A stretch of 64,000 bases of DNA from an uncultured Candidatus Micrarchaeota archaeon (GCA_963760615.1 CAVXDX010000003.1:64001-128000), one strand, 5' to 3'; counted from the first letter of the stretch, positions 10,258-19,008 are shown. Translations and numbers: made by a program. The notes: a model not told the origin generated them from the letters alone.

Positions 10258-10293
10258 TCCTTTATTTTTTTAAATTTATTTTTTTATTTTTCT
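9722..10293 (+). repeat. Direct repeat unit 1 (pilin CDS plus T-rich terminator)
   Basis: By manual alignment identical to 10413..10981 except at 10120..10149. Confidence 0.9.
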
Positions 10294-10348
10294 TACCTCT
10301 AGCATTGGTCTTATCTTATTTTATCTGCAACCGTCGTATTCACAAAAC
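10276..10348 (-). pseudogene. Decayed remnant of the dph2 3' end in the inter-pilin spacer
   Basis: Minus strand reads RPMLEVRKIKK* (dph2: KPILDAEEVRKIKK*); 13-mer GTATTCACAAAAC (FVNT codons) shared with dph2 11049..11061. Confidence 0.55.
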
Positions 10349-10412
10349 TTTAAAAATAAGAGTATGCTGAATACTAGTGCATATCTAAAAGTTTACTAAA
10401 AGGGGTGGTTCT

Positions 10413-10981
10413 GAATGAGAAAGGGTCAAACAGCCATGGAGTACCTTATGACCTACGGGTGGGCAATCTTGATCATAATGGTAGTTCTGGCAGTGCTTTT
10501 CTATCTGGGAGTTCTTAACCCACCAATACCGGAGCAGTGTGTATTCCCCGCGGGTATCACATGCATTAGCAGCAAGCTTAATACCACAGGTGGCCTAACT
10601 CTCATCATAGGACAGGGAACAGGACATCCAATTCAGGTGACAGGAGTTAACTGCACAATGAACAGCTCAGCTGCGTGGGCGACGGATAATTCTGCTAGCC
10701 TCGTCTACAACCCAAATACACTCAATACCCCGGTTAACATCACATCAGGAGGCCAGGCGACTGTTGCTCAGATAGCCGGTACAGGAGGCATTGGCTCCGT
10801 GGCATGCAAGAATGCAAACGGTGGCGCAGCTTCAGGAGCCGCAGGCTCTGCCTTCAACGGTAAGATATACATAAAATACACTGAAACAGATACCTCAATA
10901 ACCAGAACCGTAGTGGGCACATTCGCAAAGAGGTATGAGATCTAGTCCTTTATTTTTTTAAATTTATTTTTTTATTTTTCT
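10413..10981 (+). repeat. Direct repeat unit 2 (pilin CDS plus terminator, overlapping the last dph2 codons)
   Basis: Partner of 9722..10293; variable patch at about 10811..10837. Confidence 0.9.
10415..10945 (+). CDS. Type IV pilin (class III signal peptide), copy 2
   Basis: Same prepilin motif; differs from copy 1 only in CKNANGGAASGAAGS vs CKDANGNVIAGVAAGS; own TATA (CAAAACTTTAAAAA). Confidence 0.9.
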   Translation: MRKGQTAMEYLMTYGWAILIIMVVLAVLFYLGVLNPPIPEQCVFPAGITCISSKLNTTGGLTLIIGQGTGHPIQVTGVNCTMNSSAAWATDNSASLVYNPNTLNTPVNITSGGQATVAQIAGTGGIGSVACKNANGGAASGAAGSAFNGKIYIKYTETDTSITRTVVGTFAKRYEI

Positions 10982-11860
10982 AACTTCTTCAGCATCTAGA
11001 ATAGGCTTTCTCAGCCTATCATAATCCTCAACTATCCTGGGGCAGGCGGTATTCACAAAACAATCAACTTCTAGGAAGTTGTTGAGGGATTCGTAATTCA
11101 CTTCGTTGCATACCAATATCTGCGCATTCCTGCCTTCTGCTTCAAGCATTTTCTTTATGGAAAGCGCTTTTTTGAAATTGAACTGCCCCGGCTTGGTGCT
11201 GCATACAATGCCAAACTTCCTAGCCCCAATGGCAGCCAGCAGCGCCCCCTTGCGCCTTCTGAGCTCCTTTCTTCTTTCCTCTCCCATCCACCCAATCTTT
11301 CCCGTGAACGGGTCCACGGCAAGAAACGGCTTTTCGGTTGCAAGCGCTCCTCCAAGCGGGTGGAACACCCCGCCCCCGAAATAGAGAAAGCAGTCAACAT
11401 CTCTCTCTATGTTCCTTATGCTTCCCAAGTCGCAACCAAGAATCTGGCCGTCATACTTTGCTCTCTTTCCATGCCTGCCAACAAAAACTCTCTTTCCATT
11501 GCTTTCAAGGAATCGTCTTATATCGTCAAGCTGCCCAATATGCTGCACAGTGGTCACCAGCCCGACCCTACTGAAATCCTTAAGCTCCTTTAACGCTCTG
11601 CCAACCAACTTCTTGAATTTCACAGGAGTTCGGTATTCAACGAACTCAACAGGCATGCTGCTTCCCACCACAAAGGCGGAGTGTCCGTACTGTATTATTC
11701 TGTCTGCTCCGCATCTTTTTGCTTCCTCCAGCGCAACATCGCATGCCCCATAGCAGGGAGAGCATGAGATGACCACTTCCTTGCCCTCCCTCTCCAGTTT
11801 TTCAGCTAGCTTGAACGTTTTGTCTTTCAATCCCTCTGGAAGCTGGAGGAGAACTCTCAC
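10964..11860 (-). CDS. dph2: Diphthamide biosynthesis enzyme Dph2
   Basis: LQLPEGLK, CYGACD, GQILGC, FVNTACPR (three Fe-S Cys). Confidence 0.93.
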   Translation of the reverse strand: MRVLLQLPEGLKDKTFKLAEKLEREGKEVVISCSPCYGACDVALEEAKRCGADRIIQYGHSAFVVGSSMPVEFVEYRTPVKFKKLVGRALKELKDFSRVGLVTTVQHIGQLDDIRRFLESNGKRVFVGRHGKRAKYDGQILGCDLGSIRNIERDVDCFLYFGGGVFHPLGGALATEKPFLAVDPFTGKIGWMGEERRKELRRRKGALLAAIGARKFGIVCSTKPGQFNFKKALSIKKMLEAEGRNAQILVCNEVNYESLNNFLEVDCFVNTACPRIVEDYDRLRKPILDAEEVRKIKK

Positions 11861-11904
11861 GGCAAACCCTTCGTTTCAGGTTTATATGAAGAAAATTTAA
11901 AAAA

Positions 11905-14244
11905 TCAGAACGTGAACCCCTCGTCCTTCTCAGTGAGCGCTATGAGCTTCTTCAGCATCAGCTTCTTTTCAGCGCTTGCAACGTTCTTTCTGGTCACATC
12001 CACCATGTCCGGGTTCACTGAGATGCTGTTTATGCCAAATTCAACAAGCTTCTCCGCATACTCTGGGTATACGCTGGGAGCCTGCCCGCATATGGAAGTT
12101 GTAACTCCGTTCTTGTTGCAAACTTTTATCACATGCTTTAATGCCTTGAGCACTGCCTCGTTCCTCTCATCAAACTTGGAAGCAAGGGTTGAGTTGTCCC
12201 TGTCGCATGCAAGGGTGAACTGAGTCAGGTCGTTGCTACCTATCGATATACCATCTATCCCCACATCGCAGAATTCCTGTGCCAAGAATATCGTGCTTGG
12301 AACCTCAACCATTATCCACAGCTTGAAGTCATTATTCTGTTTCAAGCCAAATTGCTCGAGAAGCTTCTTTACATCTTTCAGCTCCTCAACAGTTCTGACA
12401 ACTGGTATCATGAGCCACAGATTCTTGAGTCCGTATACTTCCCTCACTTTTCTTATTGCATCCACTTCAAGCTTGAAGGCATCAGGCTCTGAAGTATACC
12501 TAGCGCAACCCCTATAACCCATCATTGGGTTCTCCTCTTTTGGCTCGTACTTCTCTCCCCCCTGAAGGTTCCTGTACTCATTTGTTTTGAAGTCTGTCGC
12601 CCTATAGACAACAGGCCTCGGGTAAAAAGCCGCGCATATCTGCCTCATTCCCTCCGCAAGCTTATCTGTGTACTCCTTTTCCTTGTGCTCCTCAATTGCC
12701 TTCCTCGGGTGAAGGCCTATGCCTGCAATCATGAACTCTGCTCGGAAGAGGCCCACCCCATCCACCGCGAGGGCGGCTGTCTTCTCAGCAAGCTCAGGCT
12801 CGCCAAGGTTCACGTATATCTTCGTGCCCGTGACAACTGGAGCAGAGACCATCATCCCTCCTGCCCCTGCCTCGGGTTTCTTTGCAACAGCTATATCCAC
12901 TTTTCCCTTGTAAACAACACCCATCTTAGCATCAACTGTAATCAAATCCCCGTTGTGGAGAACCTGCGTCGCATTCTTAGTTCCAACTATGCAGGGCACT
13001 CCAAGCTCCCTGCTGACTATTGCCGCATGGCATGTAGCGCCGCCAGAGTTTGTGACGATGGCAGCGGCTTTCTTCATGGCTGGGACATAGTCCGGCGAAG
13101 TCATATCAGTAACAAGTATCTCTCCCTTTTCCATCTTGTCAATGTCCTTTGCTGTCGGAATCAGCTTCACCTTCCCCACAGCAACACCAGGGCTTGCGCC
13201 CGAGCCTCTCAGAATTATCTCCGCGTTGGCAACAGCAGTTGCCGCCTCTACCACAGTCTCACCCCCCCCTTTCTTTAAAGTTGTAATTGGCCTGCTCTGG
13301 ACGATGTAAATCTGCCCCTTGGAAACTGCCCACTCGATATCCTGGGGCCACCCGTAATGATTCTCAATTTCCTTCCCATATTTTGCAAGCTCAACAACCT
13401 CCTTGTCGCTCAGCTTCTGCTTCTCCTGCATCTCCGGCTTGATATTCACGTGCTCATTCTTCCCATTTATTTTGGTTATCATCCAAGTCTGCTTTGCAAA
13501 ATTTTTCTCAAGGATTTCAAGCGTATCCTTCTTTACAGCATACCAGTCTGGTGTGATGGAGCCTGAAACTACAATCTCCCCCAGCCCGTACGCTGCCTCA
13601 ATGCCTATCCTGTTCGGGTCATTCGTTATTGGGTCGCTCGTGAACATGACTCCGGCTTTCTCAGACTGCACCATCTCCTGGACTACCGCAGCCAGCCCCA
13701 CCTTGAGATGGTCAAACCCCCTCTCTTGCCTGTAGTATATGGCTCTGCTCCCAAAAAGCGAGGCCCAGCACATCTGAACAGCCTTGACTACGTTCTCCGC
13801 ACCCTTTATGTTAAGGTATGTTTCCTGCTGCCCTGCAAAGCTCGCCTCCGGTAAATCTTCAGCTGTTGCTGAGCTCCTGACCGCCACGTATTTCTCCTCG
13901 GATTCGCTGGGCATCACATCGACGCCGCAGAGTTTGTTGTATGCCTTTATTATATCGCTCCTTATGGCATCGGGAACTCTCGCAGACAGAATAAGAGCCT
14001 TTATCTCATCGCTTGCAGCATTAAGTTTATCTGTTTGCTGCACGTCAAGGTTCTGCGTGATTCTTGCGATTGCCTTGTCAATTCCGTTTGCTTTGATGAA
14101 TGTAAAATACGCCTCGCTGGTCGTGCAGAACCCATTCGGCACAGGGAATCCCGCCCCCGCCATCTCGCCCAGGTTGGCCCCCTTTCCGCCCACTCTCCCT
14201 ACATCTTCCTTGCCTATCTGAGAAAACCAAAGCACATTCTCCAT
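11905..14244 (-). CDS. ppsA: Phosphoenolpyruvate synthase
   Basis: VGGKGANLGE, AVRSSATAEDLPEASFAGQQ, GGATCHAAIVSRE phospho-His, SIGSNDLTQ, SICGQAPS. Confidence 0.97.
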   Translation of the reverse strand: MENVLWFSQIGKEDVGRVGGKGANLGEMAGAGFPVPNGFCTTSEAYFTFIKANGIDKAIARITQNLDVQQTDKLNAASDEIKALILSARVPDAIRSDIIKAYNKLCGVDVMPSESEEKYVAVRSSATAEDLPEASFAGQQETYLNIKGAENVVKAVQMCWASLFGSRAIYYRQERGFDHLKVGLAAVVQEMVQSEKAGVMFTSDPITNDPNRIGIEAAYGLGEIVVSGSITPDWYAVKKDTLEILEKNFAKQTWMITKINGKNEHVNIKPEMQEKQKLSDKEVVELAKYGKEIENHYGWPQDIEWAVSKGQIYIVQSRPITTLKKGGGETVVEAATAVANAEIILRGSGASPGVAVGKVKLIPTAKDIDKMEKGEILVTDMTSPDYVPAMKKAAAIVTNSGGATCHAAIVSRELGVPCIVGTKNATQVLHNGDLITVDAKMGVVYKGKVDIAVAKKPEAGAGGMMVSAPVVTGTKIYVNLGEPELAEKTAALAVDGVGLFRAEFMIAGIGLHPRKAIEEHKEKEYTDKLAEGMRQICAAFYPRPVVYRATDFKTNEYRNLQGGEKYEPKEENPMMGYRGCARYTSEPDAFKLEVDAIRKVREVYGLKNLWLMIPVVRTVEELKDVKKLLEQFGLKQNNDFKLWIMVEVPSTIFLAQEFCDVGIDGISIGSNDLTQFTLACDRDNSTLASKFDERNEAVLKALKHVIKVCNKNGVTTSICGQAPSVYPEYAEKLVEFGINSISVNPDMVDVTRKNVASAEKKLMLKKLIALTEKDEGFTF

Positions 14245-14268
14245 TCGTACACCTCCAAACAGAAGTAA

Positions 14269-14793
14269 TCAATTGAGCGCAAGTGTATTTATATGATACA
14301 GACCCGAGAGCTTTGATGTAGCCCTCCTCATGGCATCCTTCACAATTTCAAAATCTTTCCTCATGAACCTAATCGTAAATATTTTCTGTTTTGCCCTAAT
14401 CCTTGCAGCCCTGTCGCTCGGCCTGCCGAAGGATTTTCTCATTCCCTTCTGCAGCCTATCCGCCCCCGCCCCCACTATCATTTTATTTTCTCTTATGACA
14501 TTGTGGGGGAATATGAGAACCCTGAAGTAATAATTGCCGAGTATCTGCTTCTCAAGGTATTTATTCGCTGCCTGCCTCGCTGCTTCTATGGCGTTGTCCC
14601 TTATCTGAATTGCCCCGCCGGATATAAGCTCCATCTCCATCTCATAAGCCTTTCCGGCATCCCCCATATTGAAGAGCTGGACTGCATTGTGCGGCAATGC
14701 CTTTACGAATGACTTCCTAGGTCTCTTCTTTGAGAACCTTGTCCAGGAAACTTTCCCAACATCTCTGCACGTATGCGCAGGCCTCAAGCCCAT
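14269..14793 (-). CDS. rpl10e: Ribosomal protein uL16 (L10e)
   Basis: MGLRPA, IEAARQAANKYL, FPHNVIRENKM..GAGADRLQKGMRKSFG. Confidence 0.95.
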   Translation of the reverse strand: MGLRPAHTCRDVGKVSWTRFSKKRPRKSFVKALPHNAVQLFNMGDAGKAYEMEMELISGGAIQIRDNAIEAARQAANKYLEKQILGNYYFRVLIFPHNVIRENKMIVGAGADRLQKGMRKSFGRPSDRAARIRAKQKIFTIRFMRKDFEIVKDAMRRATSKLSGLYHINTLALN

Positions 14794-14872
14794 TTTGACA
14801 CCTTAAAGTCGGAATAAAAATTTAGAAGTGATAGTTTAAAAGCATTTGCCCTTTTCACTTCTCAAAATTTAA

Positions 14873-15793
14873 TTACTTCAATTCTTTCATCATCTGGCAC
14901 CTCATGCATACTTCCTTGGAGCCCAGCTCTCCGCACTCCTTGCATTTCATCGGAGTTTCACCTGTATTAAACTTTTCTCCGAGAACATCTCTCACGCTCA
15001 TGAAGCTGTTGAAAACCCTGAATTTCGTGCCTGGAAACTTCTCCTCAAGCTCATTGAGGAAAACTCTAGTATCATTCCTGAATGCCTCCTGCGCATAGGG
15101 GCATCTCCCAAACTTGATACCCATCCCTTTTATTATCGAATAAACAGCAACCTCCCTCTCAGGAATCCTTATCAGAGGCTTTATCCTGTCAACAAATAAC
15201 TCACTCTCCACTATGCCGCCAACAGGCCCGAATCTTGCAAGCCTGAAAGGCTCATTTCTCAGGAAATTCATCAGAACAGTCTGCGCTGCATCATCCAAAT
15301 TATGCCCAACAGCAAGCTTGTTCAATCCCATCTCCCTTGCAGCTTTGTTGAGGACCCACCTCCTGAACACGCCGCAGTAGCTGCACGTCCCCATCCTCTC
15401 CTTTTTCTTGGCAATCTTGTCAACAGTGATGCCAACCTCCTTTCTGAATGTGAGTATCCTATGCTCCACTCCCAGCTTCTTGCAGTTCTCCTTTGCAACA
15501 CTGATAGTTTTTTCCCTGTAACCTGCTATCCCTTCATCTACTGAAATGGCAACCAGCGGTACTCTCATGCTATCACATATGTCCTTCAGCAGATAGAGCA
15601 AAGATACGCTATCTTTGCCACCTGATAATGCAACTCCGACTCTGTCCCCTTTCTCGATCATTTTGAATTCCCGCACTGTCCTACGCACCCTCTTCTCAAA
15701 GCTCTCAACAAAGTGCTTCCTGCATAAGTTCTCATTCCCATAGGGTACGTAAACCACTGCGCTTCCGTTGCATTTTGAGCAATTAACCACCAT
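14873..15793 (-). CDS. ttuA: tRNA 2-thiolation protein TtuA/Ncs6
   Basis: CSKC..LCRKHF Zn finger, SGGKDS PP-loop, CSYCGVFRR, GHNLDD, C-terminal Zn finger; ATG at 15793 overlaps the stop of the upstream sulfur carrier. Confidence 0.9.
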   Translation of the reverse strand: MVVNCSKCNGSAVVYVPYGNENLCRKHFVESFEKRVRRTVREFKMIEKGDRVGVALSGGKDSVSLLYLLKDICDSMRVPLVAISVDEGIAGYREKTISVAKENCKKLGVEHRILTFRKEVGITVDKIAKKKERMGTCSYCGVFRRWVLNKAAREMGLNKLAVGHNLDDAAQTVLMNFLRNEPFRLARFGPVGGIVESELFVDRIKPLIRIPEREVAVYSIIKGMGIKFGRCPYAQEAFRNDTRVFLNELEEKFPGTKFRVFNSFMSVRDVLGEKFNTGETPMKCKECGELGSKEVCMRCQMMKELK

Positions 15794-15986
15794 AGACCAC
15801 ACCGAATATCTCAATTCTGTCCTTCCTGCCAACTTCCTCCAGCTCTGAAACCAGCTCACCATTTTTCCTTGCCAGGTGCGTCTCCCTGTTAACGCCAAGC
15901 TGATGCATCACATCAAGCACATTCATTCCTCTTTCCAGCTTCACTTTCACGTATTTACCGTTTAGTTTCAATTTAAAAGAGTCCAT
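15783..15986 (-). CDS. Ubiquitin-like sulfur carrier (SAMP2/TtuB/ThiS-like)
   Basis: 67 aa beta-grasp pattern ending in GG; overlaps ttuA start. Confidence 0.8.
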   Translation of the reverse strand: MDSFKLKLNGKYVKVKLERGMNVLDVMHQLGVNRETHLARKNGELVSELEEVGRKDRIEIFGVVYGG

Positions 15987-16045
15987 GCATTAATTTAAAT
16001 ATATAATTCTTTAAAAGGATACAAGGAGGTTTTTGAGGGATACTT

Positions 16046-16552
16046 ATGGGATTCTACAAGCTTGTGAAAAAGACATTCGAAAGGGAGCATAGGGAGCGCT
16101 CACCTATATACAAAGCAAGGCTCATTGAGTGGAGAAAGGCGGGGGTCGTCGAGAGAGTTAACAAGCCAACCAACATAGCAAGGGCGAGGGAACTCGGCTA
16201 TAAGGCGAAGCAAGGTTTTGTAGTCGCCCGAGTGAAGGTGAGAAGGGGAAGAAGGAAGAGGCCCAAGCCAGACCTGGGGAGGAAACCCTCCAAGTCCGGC
16301 AGATTCTTCTCTCCTGGGAAGTCCCTCCAGAGAATTGCGGAGGAGAAAGCATCCACCAAGTTCCCAAATTTAGAGGTTCTAAACTCCTACTGGGTTGGGG
16401 AGGATGGGAGCTTCAAATACTTTGAGGTTCTGCTTTTTGATGTCAGCCACCCTGTGATAAAAAACGATAGTTCGATTTCGCCAATGATTGAGAGGGGCAG
16501 AGCCTACAGGGGTCTCACGAGCGCTGGCAAGAAAGGCAGAGCATACAGTTGA
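16046..16552 (+). CDS. rpl15e: Ribosomal protein eL15
   Basis: ARELGYKAKQG, QRIAEEK..KFPNLEVLNSYWVGEDG..KYFEV. Confidence 0.96.
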   Translation: MGFYKLVKKTFEREHRERSPIYKARLIEWRKAGVVERVNKPTNIARARELGYKAKQGFVVARVKVRRGRRKRPKPDLGRKPSKSGRFFSPGKSLQRIAEEKASTKFPNLEVLNSYWVGEDGSFKYFEVLLFDVSHPVIKNDSSISPMIERGRAYRGLTSAGKKGRAYS

Positions 16553-17490
16553 AAATTTGCGGCTGTGCTGCAGGAGGTATCGGCATGTGGGTGAGCAAAA
16601 GGAGAAGAATAATTGATTTGGCGACTAAGGAAGTTATAACCACCGCTCCAAGCACCACAATCAAAGCCCTCTGCGACCTCATGATGAGGACGGGAAAGAG
16701 GAAAATACCAATAGTTGATTCGCTGGTTCACCTAAAAGGCATAGTGACCAGCACCGACCTCCTAAACTATTTCGGGGGAGGAGAAAAGTACTTCATAATA
16801 GAGAGGGATTACAAGGAAAACTTCCTCAGCGGCATAAACGCCCCAACTTCAAAAATTATGACTAATGAAGTTTTCTTCGTGAATGAGGACGAGCCAGTGC
16901 CATCTGTTGCGGATAAGATGCTCAACCAATACTTTGGAGGGTTGCCCATCCTAGACAAAGATGCGAAGGTTGTTGGCATCGTGACCGAGCAGGACTTCAT
17001 AAGCCCGCTTGCAGGAGAGAAGCTCAACTTTCCAGCGAGAAATGCCATGAGTAAGAAAGTCATAACGGTGACTCCGAACACGGCAATAAAGGATGTGACA
17101 AGAATAATGTGCGCCAACCAGCTCAGAAGGCTTCCCGTTGTCAGCGAGCACAAGATTTTAGGCATGGTGCGGTCATACGAAATACTGAAGTTCATAAGCG
17201 ATGCCGAGTTCGCCAAGTTCCATACCTCCAAGGCAGAGGTCATACTCGGAGAAGTAGCGAGCAATGTCATGAGCAAAGACATATACACAATTGATGAGGA
17301 GCTTGACCTGGGGGAAGTCATACACCTTTTCAGGAAGAAGAGGGTTGGTGGGTTCCCGATTGTGAAGGGCGATAAGCTCATAGGGATAATCACCGAGAGG
17401 GATATCTTCAGGGCTGTGTACTCAACTCTCAGGATGCAGTTCCCGAAGAAATTCAATGAGATAGTCTTCACGCTCTTCCACGAGAAGTAA
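16549..17490 (+). CDS. CBS-domain protein (four CBS repeats)
   Basis: Repeated LP(I/V)V...GI(V/I)TxxD motifs four times. Confidence 0.88.
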   Translation: MKICGCAAGGIGMWVSKRRRIIDLATKEVITTAPSTTIKALCDLMMRTGKRKIPIVDSLVHLKGIVTSTDLLNYFGGGEKYFIIERDYKENFLSGINAPTSKIMTNEVFFVNEDEPVPSVADKMLNQYFGGLPILDKDAKVVGIVTEQDFISPLAGEKLNFPARNAMSKKVITVTPNTAIKDVTRIMCANQLRRLPVVSEHKILGMVRSYEILKFISDAEFAKFHTSKAEVILGEVASNVMSKDIYTIDEELDLGEVIHLFRKKRVGGFPIVKGDKLIGIITERDIFRAVYSTLRMQFPKKFNEIVFTLFHEK

Positions 17491-17552
17491 GCTTGACTGA
17501 AGTCCATGCAAGTTGTCTGTCTATTTACATATAGTTTCACGTATTACATGAT

Positions 17553-17572
17553 GATGTCAAGTAATTGACAAC
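17553..17572. promoter_or_regulatory. Palindromic site 1 (GATGTCA-N6-TGACAAC)
   Basis: Immediately upstream of BRE/TATA (TTTAAATA, 17581) of the 17611 ORF; matches sites at 18318 and 18389. Confidence 0.55.
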
Positions 17573-17610
17573 AGGGAATGTTTAAATACAGCAAAAGAAA
17601 ATAAGTATTT

Positions 17611-17964
17611 ATGGGCAAACCAGAACTCCCGATTCTTGAGAAATTCAGGCTTAACGCAATCAGTGACCCTTACGAATTGTTAGAGGTAGCTTCCTCCCAT
17701 GAGAATGAAAAAGTCAGCAAGGCAGCTTTGGAAAAGCTCCTGAATCTGAAAGGAGTGATGGATGAGAGAAAGATAATCCTGGTGTGCTGCGTAGTGAAAG
17801 ACACCAAGTATGAGTCTGTTGCCAAGTATGCGTTCAAATATTGCTCAGCAGCGCATATCCCGGATGAAGTGAAAGCCCATATTCTAAAATGCTGGCTCAG
17901 CAAGATAAGGTTCGAGTCTGTAAGAAAGGAAATGAAGAAATGGCTAAAGGAGCACGGGTATTAA
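17611..17964 (+). CDS. Hypothetical helical protein
   Basis: 117 aa; ATG 30 nt after TATA (leaderless geometry); no recognised motif. Confidence 0.65.
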   Translation: MGKPELPILEKFRLNAISDPYELLEVASSHENEKVSKAALEKLLNLKGVMDERKIILVCCVVKDTKYESVAKYAFKYCSAAHIPDEVKAHILKCWLSKIRFESVRKEMKKWLKEHGY

Positions 17965-18318
17965 ACTTCTCTTTTCATCAACTCCGACGCACCAATAACG
18001 TTAAATAAAACAAAATCGCAGTTTAAAGAATTTTCAGGGCGTTTTTTTGGACCGAAAGAAACTAAGTTGAGAATCACCCAAAATAATTCACTGAATATTC
18101 CGTGTGAAAATTTAACTTTTTTTGGGGCCGTACTATTTGATATGTGGGGTGAAAAAGATTTATGTACTTGGGACGGAACATGCAGCATTTATTCTTTGCC
18201 ATCCGAAAATGTAAACTTCAGTAACTACTTCCCCATGATATTATACCTTCACCCTAATACTACAACTCCGGGTAATGAGCATCTAAAACCCATATACCTA
18301 CTAATTAATAATCAATAG
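17965..18318 (+). pseudogene. Possible gene remnant continuing in frame after the upstream stop
   Basis: Frame stays open for 117 codons after TAA; five N-x-S/T sequons; first possible start is TTG 18067 without an RBS. Confidence 0.3.
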
Positions 18319-18337
18319 TTGTCATTTAATTGACTTC
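18318..18337. promoter_or_regulatory. Palindromic site 2 (GTTGTCA-N6-TGACTTC)
   Basis: Same arm/spacer geometry as sites 1 and 3. Confidence 0.45.
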
Positions 18338-18388
18338 CCCCCACCACAAATGCATCCAAAACCGCCAGGTCCGGGCAACCAGCCCCGG

Positions 18389-18408
18389 GTTGTCAGCTGG
18401 TTGACAAC
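18389..18408. promoter_or_regulatory. Palindromic site 3 (GTTGTCA-N6-TGACAAC, perfect)
   Basis: Perfect 7-bp inverted repeat about 22 nt upstream of the TATA (TTAAATA, 18431) of the Rpp30 gene. Confidence 0.55.
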
Positions 18409-18459
18409 TGCCCGGCACATTTCAAAACCATTAAATAAAGCAAAATGCACAGTTAAAAC

Positions 18460-19008
18460 ATGCCCGAATACTATGACTTGGATGTGCGGTTCTGGGAGGC
18501 AGGCTTGGAGAGTTATGCAAACTCCCTTGGTTTCAGAAGCATATGCAGCTTTTCCCCTCAGGGTAATGGCATGGAGATACGGGCTGGGAGGGACGAGGAC
18601 ATAAGGTTCAAAAAGGAGGGAAAAATTATTCTTGTTTCTTCAGATGACCCCGAGCTTCTGAAAAAAGCATGCAGGATAGATGTTGACATGCTGCTCTTCC
18701 CGAGGTTCACTGCCGAAGTTGGATTGGTGAGAGCCGCTGCCGAGAACAGGAAACCATTCGAAATTCCGCTCTCGCTTCTTTTGGTGAGAAGGGGTGCCGA
18801 AAGGGCGTTCCTCATGTCAAGGATACGCATCTTCCTAAAACTTTGCAACAAACATGGAGCTGACTTCATACTCACCAGTGGAGCTTCAGGCAGGCCTTTC
18901 ATGAAGTCTCCAGGCGAGCTCACCGCAGTTGGAGAAGCGCTCGGCCTGTCCCATGACCAGGCGGTGAAATCAATATCAATGGTTCCGGAGTATATCTTCA
19001 AGGGATGA
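18460..19008 (+). CDS. rnp3: RNase P protein Rpp30
   Basis: PHP-like; FILTSGA..PFMKSP motif; canonical position upstream of pop5/psmA. Confidence 0.85.
   Translation: MPEYYDLDVRFWEAGLESYANSLGFRSICSFSPQGNGMEIRAGRDEDIRFKKEGKIILVSSDDPELLKKACRIDVDMLLFPRFTAEVGLVRAAAENRKPFEIPLSLLLVRRGAERAFLMSRIRIFLKLCNKHGADFILTSGASGRPFMKSPGELTAVGEALGLSHDQAVKSISMVPEYIFKG

Noticed and set aside
10120-10837. Diversity-generating retroelement TR/VR interpretation of the pilin pair
   Set aside because: The differences include G/A, T/C and G/T changes and a 3-nt indel rather than adenine-only mutagenesis; both copies are full genes; no reverse transcriptase in the window.
14873-15898. Upstream extensions of ORF-track starts (ttuA, mre11, GT genes, NYN, metallophosphoesterase)
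   Set aside because: The extensions overlap neighbouring genes and lack homologous content; downstream starts with an RBS or stop overlap were used instead.
16809-17540. Long antisense ORFs (also 37559..38263, 40535..41206, 62466..63251 and many shorter ones)
   Set aside because: They are shadow frames of well-supported genes on the opposite strand, Ser/Leu/Phe-rich with no motifs.
18361-18390. SRP RNA helix 8 (GCCAGGTCCGG...)
   Set aside because: The CAGG-stem-GNRA-stem-AGCA spacing does not fit, and the surrounding DNA is AT-rich with no room for an SRP fold.
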